NCBI GenBank assembly: GCA_033442325.1
Contig: JAWQFM010000008.1
Location: 124,001 to 188,000 of the forward strand
DNA: 64,000 nucleotides
Origin: Salpingoeca rosetta
Lineage: Eukaryota > Protista > Choanoflagellata
Reading direction: 5' to 3'
Below are positions 1 to 14,509 of this stretch, piece by piece. Each line of letters starts with the position of its first letter. The first letter of the stretch is position 1. The position numbers and the translations under genes were made by a program. Below the pieces are notes generated by a model. That model was not told the origin of the DNA. It did no database searches and saw only the letters and a list, made by a program, of their open reading frames with translations.

Positions 1-156
1 GCAAGTACACCACACATACACACACACACACACGCACAGACGAGACGCACGCCAATATGCACACACACACACACACACATGCACGCAAAACCCTAAACAC
101 ACACACACACACACACACACGCTACACATACACACGTGTCCGTCTGAAATACATAC

Positions 157-1368
157 CTGTGGTAAAGGCGGCAACGGTGGCTCTGTTTGGATCTGTGGCC
201 ATGGCACGATCAAACTTGATCCACTTGCCAATGTCGTTGTAAATGCTGCAGTAGCACACACCACAAATGCTGCGTGCACAACACAGAGGACACACACCAG
301 TGATGTACACGACGAGACACAACAAGCAAACAAGGGTCCGTCATTGAGTCATGGTACCACCTATCCATCTGCTCCACCAACCTTAACAGCACAACCACAA
401 GCCAACAATATCATGTGGACCCCACTTCCTTCTCCACGTATGACGTCACAGTGAAAACTCCCACAAACCCAAGGGAGGGCAGCACACCAGCAGCAAACTC
501 AAAGGCACACTGCAAACCAAACCACGCGTACTTTGTGTGCGATTCCCGGCCGGGGCCGTGGCAGACGGGACACATGGGCCGCTGTGCCCCCGTGGTCGCG
601 GTGGCGGCTGTTGCTGTGGCGGTGGTAATTGGCACGGTGCCCACAGGGCCTTGAAGTTGGGCCAGCGCAGTGGAGGATGCAGTGGGGGTGCTCAGGCTTG
701 CAATGTATGCTTGCAGCTGTAGGTCGGCAGGGAGGCTCGTGATGCTCAATGCATGGGCAGTATCGGAGGAGGTAGGTGCGGTGTTGCTGCTGCTGCTGCC
801 GTGTGCACCGTTGTTGGCAGCAGAGGTCGCCGCAGCAGAGGTGGAAGTGAAGGTGGGGGTGGAAGCAGCGTAGCTGTACATGCTCCCTGTGCCAGAACTC
901 ATCTCAGAGCGGACATCCCCGGCCTTCCACCGCTTGGTGGCAGGCGGGCCATCACCAGGCATGTAGGTGGTGTTTGTGTTGGTGCCGAGAGCAAGTGGCT
1001 GCAGCCCAGGCGCTGATGCCACAGACCAGTTGCGCGATGACGAAGAGGAGGACGAGGACGAAGACGGAGGGAATGATGATGTACTAGAGGCTGTGGGCTG
1101 CTGCGGTATTGTAGAAAGCGGAAGCGGAGTCAATGACAGCGAGGCAGCAGACGGCAGGGACGCCCCAAACGACTGCTGCTGTTGAGTTGTTGGTGGGGTC
1201 GCACTGCCGGTGTCGCTGGTCGCTGCAGTCGAAGGGGTGGCCTGGAAGAGGGCTTGTTGAAGGAGTGCCGTGTACAGCAGCGTGTCTGTGTCCATACCAC
1301 CACCCTGCATGCTTGCGTTAGCACTGGCGGCAACCAAGGCCGTGCGGATCAGCTCCAACTGCTGCGTG

Positions 1369-1405
<37 letters not shown>

Positions 1406-2225
1406 GCTGCTGCTGCTGCTGCGTCTGCGGCAGTAGGATCTGCCTGGCCTGGATGTCGGTAGCGCGCGGTGCCGTGCCCTGAAGCGGAGAAAGGACCTGG
1501 CTCATGAGAGTCACCGGAACGGATGACGGGTCCCGCGTGAACGCAGCGATGGCTGCTGTCGAAGGTGGCGACGTTTGACGGCGCTTGGAATGCACTGCAT
1601 GTGCTGTTGTGAGCGGCTCAGCATCGTCGAATGGGCTCTGGCCGTCACTGCTCATGCTGAACCGCCATTCGTCCTGCTGCTGCTGCTCGACTTGTTGTTG
1701 ATCATGGAGTGGTGGCTGAAACCCATGCTGTGCAAACCTGACGATGACCTGGGCAGCCTTCACAACGAGCTTGTGATGATGGTCCGTTGGAGGCAGCTTT
1801 CCGCATACATACGCGTCCACGACGCGGCCTGCGACGCGCAGCGAGTGCAGGGCATCACTGCTGGGCCGCGGGATGGCTCGTGGTGCCGGGGTCGAGGCAG
1901 GTGAAGGCGACTGTTGTTGTTGTTGTTGCTGTTGGATGGCAAACGTGTGTTCCTCGTCCTCCTTTTGTTCTTCTTCGTCCTGCAAACGGCGGGCGCCACG
2001 TCCGGTGCGAGCGCGGCCTCGGTGCACGGAACGCCATTTCTTCTTGTCTCCGCTCCATGCTCGCGAAGCCTTTGAGCTGCCGAAAGCGGTCATCACGCTC
2101 TGATCTTCCTGTGCGCTGGGCATGGGGCTGAGCTGGAGTGGCGGCAGTGTCTGCTCTGCGGGCTGCCTTTGCCCTCGCCTTTGCTCTTGCTGGGGCTTGC
2201 GTGCATCTCCTCCTTGGGGCGGCAT
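157..2225 (-). CDS. Hypothetical Q/S/T/A-rich low-complexity protein, spliced; probably continues past the left edge
   Basis: Long open frame from ATG 2225 with polyQ and Ser/Thr tracts, ending in CPVCHGPGRESH. Probable GT donor after 532 (AA|GTACGC) and candidate small exons near 330-382 and 157-246. Downstream exon structure is uncertain and no family was recognised. Confidence 0.55.
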
Positions 2226-3184
2226 TCTCGCCTTCGCACAGCGTTGGTGGTGGTGTCTGGTGGGGTGGTGGTGGTGACGTCGCGCGCAGCAAGCAAGGGG
2301 GCAGGCCTAGGGCTGAAGCCTTCGAGCGAGTGTGCGCGTGGGCGTGCGTAGGTGCGTGTGAGAGCAGAGATGCTTCGCTCTCTGAATGCGGGCACTCTGC
2401 GAGCGGCGGCGAGGTTCAAACTCTTGTGCACTGCGAGGTTTAAACGTGGTGTAGGCTTGCTCGAGATCTGCACGAGACGAGGCGATGAGCTGGAGGAGGT
2501 GGTGGAGAGGAGGGTGGATGGATGAAAGGTGGCGGTGATGGCGGTTGGTCGAAGTGCCGTGGCCTGTTAGCCTGTTGGATTCCAAGAAGGTAGGCAAGGC
2601 GATGGAACGGTGATATCGGCAGTAGGGAGGATGGTCTGGTAGCGAGGGAGGAAAAGAAGGGGTGCTTGTTGAGTCGGAGCCAACCACGAACAGAGCGGGC
2701 GCGTGGAAATGGAAGCACCCACCACCACGATTCAACAGACGAAGGGGCAGCTAGTGTACACTCATGCATCGAGGGCACAGAGAGCCAGCTATGGTGGTAG
2801 ACCGAACGAAGAAAGGGCAGAGCAGGGGTAGTCACCGTCACCACCGCCAGCCGGTGGTTTACATGCATACCAGGTGAGCATGTGTGCCAATGACGCAAAG
2901 CTGAACGGTTTCCAGTTCCAGTTCCCAGAATCGGGTCGAGCAATCGCAGATGCATCGTCGCGCTTGCCGTCATCATCGAGGTTGCTGACTTACACCGACG
3001 ACAGCTTTAGTCGCTATGTCTTTTTCATCATCATTGTCATCCACCAGCCAGCCGCGCTGCATCAAGCACATCGGCGCAGCCACTACTCCAAACAACACAA
3101 ACCAACAGAATGAGCTTGCGACAGAACTGTCAATCACCACAGCCCCATTCCAGGAAACTTGCACTGTTCTGAGGATTCCAGCCA

Positions 3185-3609
3185 TCACTTCGCCGAATCG
3201 GGCACATCACGAACCCGGTTCTTGAACTTGCGATTGTGGTCGTGCATGTTTTGTCGCTACAAACCACGCCCTCACAGACGCATCATGCCCAAGGCAATGA
3301 TTGCAAGACACGTGCCAACACGTACGCACTGAGAAGGGCAACGCTACGCAACACAACCACACACAGGGCAGCTTGGTGTAATGGTGGTGGTGCTTATGTC
3401 TTCGGCTGGGGTAGCTTCTTGCTTTGGGCGGCGTCGTCGTGATTTCGCAAGACAGCCCTGGCTCTTGCACACACGCCGGCCGTGGTGGATCAGCAGCAGG
3501 TGCAGCGCATACCTGATCAAGTGGTCCAAGGGTCAAGTGGTGATGCGTGCACATCACGCGTGAGAGCATGTAAGCACACACAACCACACACAACCACACA
3601 ACCACACAA

Positions 3610-3669
<60 letters not shown>

Positions 3670-3980
3670 CCACACACACACACACAGACCCAAGCGCACA
3701 GCACGAGCGTGAGGTGCGCGTCCGAACGAGGCCATCATGACCACTCACTTTAAGTCATCCGGAACAGTGGCGTTGAGGTGCTCGTAAGTCGTTTCCCGCG
3801 TCACGCCCGGCCACGAATGCAACGAAGAAGCGCTGCAGTTCTGGGTGTCGTTGCTAATCCGTTTGGCCCGCTTCCTGCTGTTCTTGCTAGCGACGGAACA
3901 CGATGACTGCTCTTGTTCAACGACCCGGTTGTGCTTTCGCACCTCCACATCACTCGGCACCCACCCTGCTCTCTGTGTTC

Positions 3981-4046
<66 letters not shown>

Positions 4047-4683
4047 AAGTGAGGCACAAAAGGCTCATCTCACCGAAAACAACAACAGATGCAAACACAA
4101 GCATGCAAGCGCCAAGTGTGCTGCCACCTTGGCCAGACGGAAGACGTGCGTGTCCACAGCCATGTCGGGCCTTTGCATGGCAAACAAGAGCAGGCAGGAA
4201 ATAGTTTTCGGACCCACGCCTTTAAACCTGCACAGTGAACAAGCAATGGTGCGGGGGCCATGCGTTTGTGAGCTGCTGATGCGCGTGCACAAGTGCCGCA
4301 AGCACACAAGCACACGAGCGTGCGAGTACAACAAGCACAGCATGTTTTCCATGAATAAACCACTAAACCCATACAACATGCACACACGTACACACAAATT
4401 GTTCCAAACACATTAAACACTCACTCACCCACACACCTACACCCACACACCCTCAAACACACCAAACACATATCCCCCAACACGCACCTGGCGAGCTGCT
4501 CCTTCACGGTGTGTGATGGCAGCTCCCGCAAATACTCCAGACTCAACTGCGAGTACAACAACAAAGTGTGGCAACACATCATCTCATGTCACGGCAGAGA
4601 ATGCACATAATGTAATGCAGCATAAACCAGGCGCAGATCACTTGATGCACGATACCATCCAGCACCAGTTGACGTGCGAGAGT

Positions 4684-4735
<52 letters not shown>

Positions 4736-5884
4736 AGTATTTTGTGTGTGTGTGTGTGTTTCCAAAGAGGAAAGGAGGAAGGAGCAAGACAGCGATAGCT
4801 TTGCCCGTGTGTGCGTGCACGTGTATTGTCGCACCTTGCCGTGCTCCGCGTGCAGTGTGTCGAGAATGGACTTGATGCGCCTGTGAATGGGGGGGGGGGG
4901 TGGCACAAACACAACCGGGGGGGGGGCGTATGTCATGCGCGTAAAATCAGACAAGTTGCAGAAAGCCATGTGGCATCGTGAGCAGATGCGTGTCATGTAC
5001 AATGCATGATACCGAGGGCACCGAAGTTGCAAAACAGCAGAGTGGTGGAGTGCAATCGACTGAGCCCCACGCAACCAGCCACGTTGACGAGAGACGACAA
5101 GGAACGGAAGCAAGCACGAAGGCGAGCACGCATGCAACAAACAACAAGTACACCACACAAAAGTGCTTGATGAGACGAACCTTGATTTTGTTTGGGCGAG
5201 GCCTGCTGATCTGATGGCCGCCTCCAGTGCACCAACATCTGCGCTGTGCACATCCTCCCATGTTGGAAACCTGAGGAACACGCATTGCACACACGCACAC
5301 ACACATATGTGCACACGTACGAATACCCACACCCATATCCGTACACGTGCAAAACACAACCATACCCATACCAAACCACACACACACACACACATACCAC
5401 ATTTACAGACGAGAAACAAAGCATACACACCGCATTGACAGACGAGAAACAAAGCATACACACGCACATGCACATCGACTCGATGAGGCAATGTGGATGT
5501 AGATCTCATGATGACATCACACCACCACATCACACCGAATTGATAAAGGGGGAGGGGCGGATGGCAAGGAGATGCAGCCGAAACACGGAAATACACACTC
5601 ACATACATCCACACACACACACACACACGTACACAGAGACACAGACACACACACACACACATACATACACACACAGACACGCGCACACAGATAGAATAAA
5701 CGTGCAAGAGTTTAAGAGTTAAGGGTGGCTAGCGCACGTTTGTTTGAGATTGCGAAAGGCGGCGCTTGAGTTTGAATCGGTTGTGTTCTGCGACAGGATA
5801 GTGCGGACCTGCTCATAGCGATGCCCACGAAGACGCGTGCCATATGAAACAACAACAGCAGCAGCAGCACCCATGAGCATATGG

Positions 5885-5967
<83 letters not shown>

Positions 5968-6943
5968 GATGATGATGATGATGATGATGATGTTGTTGTT
6001 GTTGTTGTTGTTTTTGCAAGCGATGAAACAAGCGCACATGCACGCACGAAAAACACACGACTGACGCGTGCAAGAATGTCATGCCAGTCAGGCAAAGCAG
6101 CGGCTGTGCCCCACAACCATCACCGCAGCCACACTGTGCTACTGTGGGCAGAATGCTGCCTTCCTGCCTTATGACTGTCCCTGTTCTCCTCCCTCTCCTT
6201 CAGCATGCACTTACGAGCGAGTCGAGGAGGTTGGTGTTGGCGGCTCTGTGGTGCGGCGGGCGCGTGCGAGGGCCGTACAGTTGCACCAGCGCATCGTGCA
6301 TGTGCTTGCACTCAGCTGGTGTGGGGTGCGGAAAGCCGAGAAATGGAGTGGATTGCGTCGTTAACGAAGAGCACACCACATGAGACTCCCCTCTGTTCAC
6401 ATGTCCAGGTGTTGGTTTGCTTGCTTGTGTGGAATGGAGGCGCACAGGTTTCGTGCGTGTGGTGCTGTATCTGGCACGGGCATTGAGCGGCGCGTGTTCA
6501 GCCCCGTCATTGTCACCCTCGGTGTCCTCCTTGACTTTCAATACACTGTCTTCATCCTTGACACGAGCTGCACTTCTTTTTCTCCTCTCTGCTCTCGTCA
6601 TCGGCCTCGTTGTCCCTGTGCTGCTGATGCTCGTGGTGCAACTAGCTTCAGTCATCCCATCCACCCTGACGCTTCCCAGCCTTCCGTCATCCTCCTCCGT
6701 CAAGGCACCCGCCAAGACCTCCTCCTCCTTCACATCTCCATCTTGTGCTAAGTTCCTCTCACTGTTTGGCGCATAAACCCCTTCCTTCTCCTCCTCTTCC
6801 ATCCCCGCTTCCTCTTCCTCCTTCACCTTCTCTTTGCCCTTGACAGCGTGCACGCGTGCACGCTGCCGCCTCCGTCCACCACCACCACCACCACCACCAC
6901 CACCTCGTCCACGGTCATTGTCAGCAGAGACGCTCAGCTCCAT
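3185..6943 (-). CDS. HhH-GPD superfamily DNA glycosylase/lyase (endonuclease III-like), multi-exon
   Basis: Spliced exons give LLDSL|VRTILSQNTTDSNSSAAFRNLKQT|FPTWEDV...AIRSAGLAQTKS|RRIKSIL...|LSLEYLRELP...|FKGVGPKTISCLLLFAMQRPDMAVDTHVFRL...|YALHLLLIHHGRRVC. The HhH motif GVGPKT (catalytic Lys) and VDTH (catalytic Asp) are present. The 3' end is either 3344 (unspliced) or 3185 (last exon FKNRVRDVPDSAK*). Confidence 0.9.
5884..6010. repeat. (GTT)n/(GAT)n compound trinucleotide tract in a glycosylase intron
   Basis: Seen directly. Confidence 0.95.
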
Positions 6944-7043
6944 GTTGTGCAGACATTGGCTGGTCCTGTCGCCGCAACAATGTCCCCGCAACAACTGATT
7001 ATGAATAACCATTGAAAATATGCACAAATTTTCAGCAACGACG
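6944..7043. promoter_or_regulatory. Putative compact bidirectional promoter (100 bp between divergent ATGs)
   Basis: Predicted start codons at 6943 (-) and 7044 (+). Locally AT-richer, with CCGCAACAA twice and a TGAAAAT...ATTTTCA inverted repeat. Confidence 0.55.
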
Positions 7044-10463
<3,420 letters not shown>

Positions 10464-10981
10464 CTCTCATAATGCTCCAACCTGAAGGTTTGTTAGTTAG
10501 GCGTATCATGCACGTTACACACACACACCCACACACCCACACACAGAGAGACGTAACGGGTGCTTGCACATTCATTCTCTTGTTGTTTCGGTGTATGCTT
10601 GTATTTGGATCGATCAAACCACAGTCACATCACAACAAACGCTCGAAAGTATCGCTTTCGTCTCTCAATGAACACATGGAACCCAACATGGAAAGGGGCT
10701 GTTAACACAAACAAGGGGGGGGGGGAAGGTCGAAGAACAACGGCGGTTTTGGATGTAGTGCGCTCGCAGACGCTTTCAAGAAGAAACACAAACAAAGACA
10801 CGTGCACGCACAAACACAGGAACAACGACACGCACACGCACACGCACTTACACAAATGACACAACAACCGACACGATGCAAAGGGACGACGTTGGTGGGA
10901 AGGAGGGAGGGGTTGTCCTTCCTTCCTTTCTTCCTCCTCCTCCATCTATTTGGTGGTGGGGACTTGCTGTGTGGGTTGCGC

Positions 10982-11778
10982 TTATGCGAGAATCTCGTAC
11001 TCTGCGTTCTTGTTCATGCAGCACGAGCCAATGACGGAGAAGAGGGCGAGGCCGCAGGCGACGCAGGCGACCCAGTAGCCGTAGATGAAGTCGTACTCGC
11101 TGCTGAGGGAGTGGTCCTTGTAGCGGAAGTAGCAGCCGACGGTGGCGGCGGTGAAGATGAGGGACACGACGAGCAGGGAGACGGTGGCGCACTTGGAGCG
11201 GCAGCACACGCCAAAGAGGGAGGCGAGGGCGAAGAAGCCACCCAGGACAAGACCCGCAACGGCACCATCCCGTTCTGCAGAGGGCTCAGACTTGATCTTG
11301 TTGAAGTCAATCTTGCGAATCCCAGAGCATTCCGTGGCCGAGTAGTTGCCGATGGTGGTGGTGTTGCACTGCTGCCACAGGCTGGACTTGATCTGCACCT
11401 TGAAGTCGTCGCTCAGCTTCACCTCAGCCTCAACCCTGCACGAGCAACAGTGGAAAGTAGAACGAGGGCAACGGCATGTGAGTGAGTGAATGAATGAGGA
11501 CAACCAACGCAAGACGCGAATGAGGGGTATCAAGGGTACTTCGTGCGCTTTGTGAACAAGGCAAGGCGTGACACCCAACACAGGCGACAACACACAGGCC
11601 AAACCACACACACCCGCGCTGACCGACAAACAAACAAACAAAACAAAACACACATGGAACAAGAAGAAGCAGGACATTTGACGCACCAGAAGACTTTCGG
11701 GAGCAGCGCGACGACGCACACGCCAATGGTGAGGATGGCAAACAAAACAGCAAAGCCACCGCGGTGTGTGAAAGCCAT
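10982..11778 (-). CDS. PMP-22/EMP/MP20/claudin-superfamily four-TM protein (2 exons: 11778-11687, 11435-10982)
   Basis: MAFTHRGGFAVLFAILTIGVCVVALLPKVF-W(split codon)-VEAEVKLSDDFKVQIKSSLWQQCNTTTIGNYSATEC... has the W-x-LW-x2-C-x-C first-loop signature. Four hydrophobic segments, YGYW before TM4, and a C-terminal YEILA. Confidence 0.75.
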
Positions 11779-11998
11779 TGTCGGTTTGTGGTTTTTGTGA
11801 AAGAAGGAGCGTGGGAGATGAGGAAAGACGGCCGGTTGTGCGCGTGGGGTGGGTTGTTGTTGGATGGATGGATATGAGGCTTGTGCTTCTGCGTGCGTGC
11901 CTTGCGCTTGTGTGTATTGGCGGTTGGATGGAGAAAAAAAATGGCCACGCCATGCAAGAGGAAAAGATGAAGCAAAGCAAAGCACACACGCAAGCAAC

Positions 11999-12020
11999 GA
12001 TGACTCATCGATGAGTCATC
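11999..12020. promoter_or_regulatory. Perfect 22-bp palindrome made of two AP-1/GCN4-type sites
   Basis: GATGACTCATCGATGAGTCATC equals its own reverse complement. It lies between the divergent claudin-like and QCR7 starts. Function is inferred. Confidence 0.55.
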
Positions 12021-12505
12021 ACCGGTGGGTCTTTCGCGAATTCTCTACAGAATGGTTGGCAAATTGCACATTGGCAGAGAGCATTTGCAAATTGCGAGCA
12101 CAAGGAACAAAAAAAAAAAAGAGAAGAAGAGAGGCAACCAACGTGAAAGAAAAGGTGAGCAAGCAAGATGAAGTGAGGGAGGTTGGTTGGCTGGTGATGA
12201 AAGCATGCATGTGTGTGTGCGTGTGTGTGAGCGTGTATGCGTGCGTACGCGCGCGCGTGTGTGAGCGTGTATGCATGCGTGTGCGTGTGCGTGTGTGCGT
12301 TTGTACGTGTGTGTGTGTGTGTGCGAGCACTTGTGTATTTGTGTGCGATGTTGGCTTTTGTGCGTTTATGCACACGACTTGACACCACGCACACGCTTGC
12401 TTTCCCTCGCTTTTCTGTTTCTCTCTCACTCATGTCACCTGTTCACAACTCACATCATCACATCATGTTGTTTTATGACAGAGGAAAAAAAAAAGCTGAG
12501 ACACC

Positions 12506-12617
12506 ATGGCCTTCCGTCGTAGCCTGACCCTGTTCGCTCAGGAGGAGAGTGGTTTCATGGCCGCCCTCGGCCGTTGGGCCCGTAACGCCTCCGGCTACCG
12601 CAAATACGGTTGGTTCA

Positions 12618-12650
<33 letters not shown>

Positions 12651-13677
12651 CTGAGGAGGGAAGGGAGAAGAGCATTGTGAATGCACGTATGTGTATTATG
12701 TTGTGTGTTGTGTGTTGTATGTTGTGTTGTGTGTTGTGTGTGTACACGGCCTTGGTGGTCGCATGGCACACATGCACCGAACATCCTTGCACACGCTTTG
12801 ACTCGTCGTTGCGTACGCTCTTCACCCATGCTTCGCATTCCTACAGACACACACACACACACACACACACTTACGCTCACATACATGTATGCACCCACAT
12901 TCACTCACACACACACACACACACTCACTCACTCACTCACTCACACTCACTCACAACACCCGCATCCACTGTCAAACACACTCGCAGGTCTCTTTGCTGA
13001 TGACCTGATTCGTGAGGAGATGCCTGGCGTGCGTGAGGCCATTTCTCGCCTTCCCCGTGAGGAGCAGGACCTGCGCTACTTCCGCCTCAAGAGGGTATGG
13101 TCTGCGTATGTGCACGTGTATGCAATTGTGTGTGCGTGTTGTTGTTGCATCAGTTGCATCAGCCGCACACTATGAACCCTGTTCTTCTCCCATGGTGCAC
13201 ACGCTTGTGCAAACAGCTGTGTGGTGAACACAGTCCTTCCCCATGCTTTCCAGTCACTTCCATCCGTCTACTGCTGGTGTTTCTTGCGGTTGCAACCATC
13301 CCATACAGGCGCTTCAGCTCTCTGTTCAACACAAGTACCTCCCCAAGGAGGAGTGGACCACAGACGAGACTGTGAGTTTGTTTTGTGTGCATGTGTGTGG
13401 TGTATGTATGCGTGTGTGTATGTGTGTATGTGTGTATGTGTGTGTATTTGTGTGAGCGTGTGTGTGTGTGCTCGCAGTGTCTGCTTACGCCTGCACCTTT
13501 CTCAGTCACCCTTTCACACTTTGACACTGATCTTACCAACGCCGCCATCACGCTCACACTCACACACATTTCCCACCCCACCTCCCACTTTGCCAGGAGC
13601 GCTACTACCTGACGCCCATCATCAAGCAGGTGGAGCAGGAGCTCAAGGAGAAGGAGGAGTTTGACTTCAAGCTGTAA
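12506..13677 (+). CDS. UQCRB: Cytochrome b-c1 complex subunit 7 (4 exons)
   Basis: ...NASGYRKYG|LFADDLIREEMPGVREAISRLPREEQDLRYFRLKR|ALQLSVQHKYLPKEEWTTDET|ERYYLTPIIKQVEQELKEKEEFDFKL* matches QCR7 family motifs. Confidence 0.95.
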
Positions 13678-13682
13678 CCAAC

Positions 13683-13684
<2 letters not shown>

Positions 13685-13760
<76 letters not shown>

Positions 13761-13774
13761 CCAACACCAACACC

Positions 13775-13851
<77 letters not shown>
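13685..13851. repeat. (CAA)n tract immediately 3' of the QCR7 stop
   Basis: Seen directly, with a few CAC interruptions. Confidence 0.95.
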
Positions 13852-13853
<2 letters not shown>

Positions 13854-14003
13854 CACCACCATCTCTCCTTCCCAACGTGAACTGCCTTGCTGCCTTGAGT
13901 GTTGGTTGAAACATCTCTCTCCCTTTTGCCCCCCCCTCTCGTCTTGCTCGCTTTGTATTTGTCTTTGTTTGGTTGTGAGCCTTTGACGCTGCTCGTCGCG
14001 TGC

Positions 14004-14038
<35 letters not shown>

Positions 14039-14509
14039 CGTGTGTGGAGCATGCTAACGTGCTTGTGTCGAAAATTACACACGCTTCACAGACGACCACG
14101 TGTGCGTGTGTCAGAGATGCGGGATGGAGCGGTACATGCACAAAGCCAGACAGAGAGAGAGAGATGGAAGGAGAGAAAGAGAGAGAGAGAGAGATCATGT
14201 AACACACAGCACCACAAATACAACACACACACACACACACGCATACATACACCACACACATGCACACAACACACACACACACATCACCAAACACCATCCT
14301 GCTTAGATGGTGCAAATTTGCCAAAGATCACTGGCTGAAAGCGCATGGTCGCATATCCACCGCATGTATGTGTCGTCGCAGCGCCTAATGCGTATATGGT
14401 CGATTGTTACATGAAGCTGTTCCTGGAATTCCTCAAGTGCCTTTTTACCCAGGTGTTCCTGTTCTTCGTCTGCGGCCCCATCTGCGCGTGTGTGAGACAG
14501 ACAGCCAAG

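Noticed and set aside
13675-13851. Stop-codon readthrough of QCR7 into an in-frame polyQ
   Set aside because: The stop is TAA without a strong readthrough context, and CAA/TTG tracts are common in non-coding DNA here.
14303-14482. Minus-strand frame DGAADEEQEHLGKKALEEFQEQL... behind an apparent acceptor
   Set aside because: It lies directly upstream of the RPS26 ATG, in its promoter/5' UTR, with no convincing upstream exon or recognisable homology.
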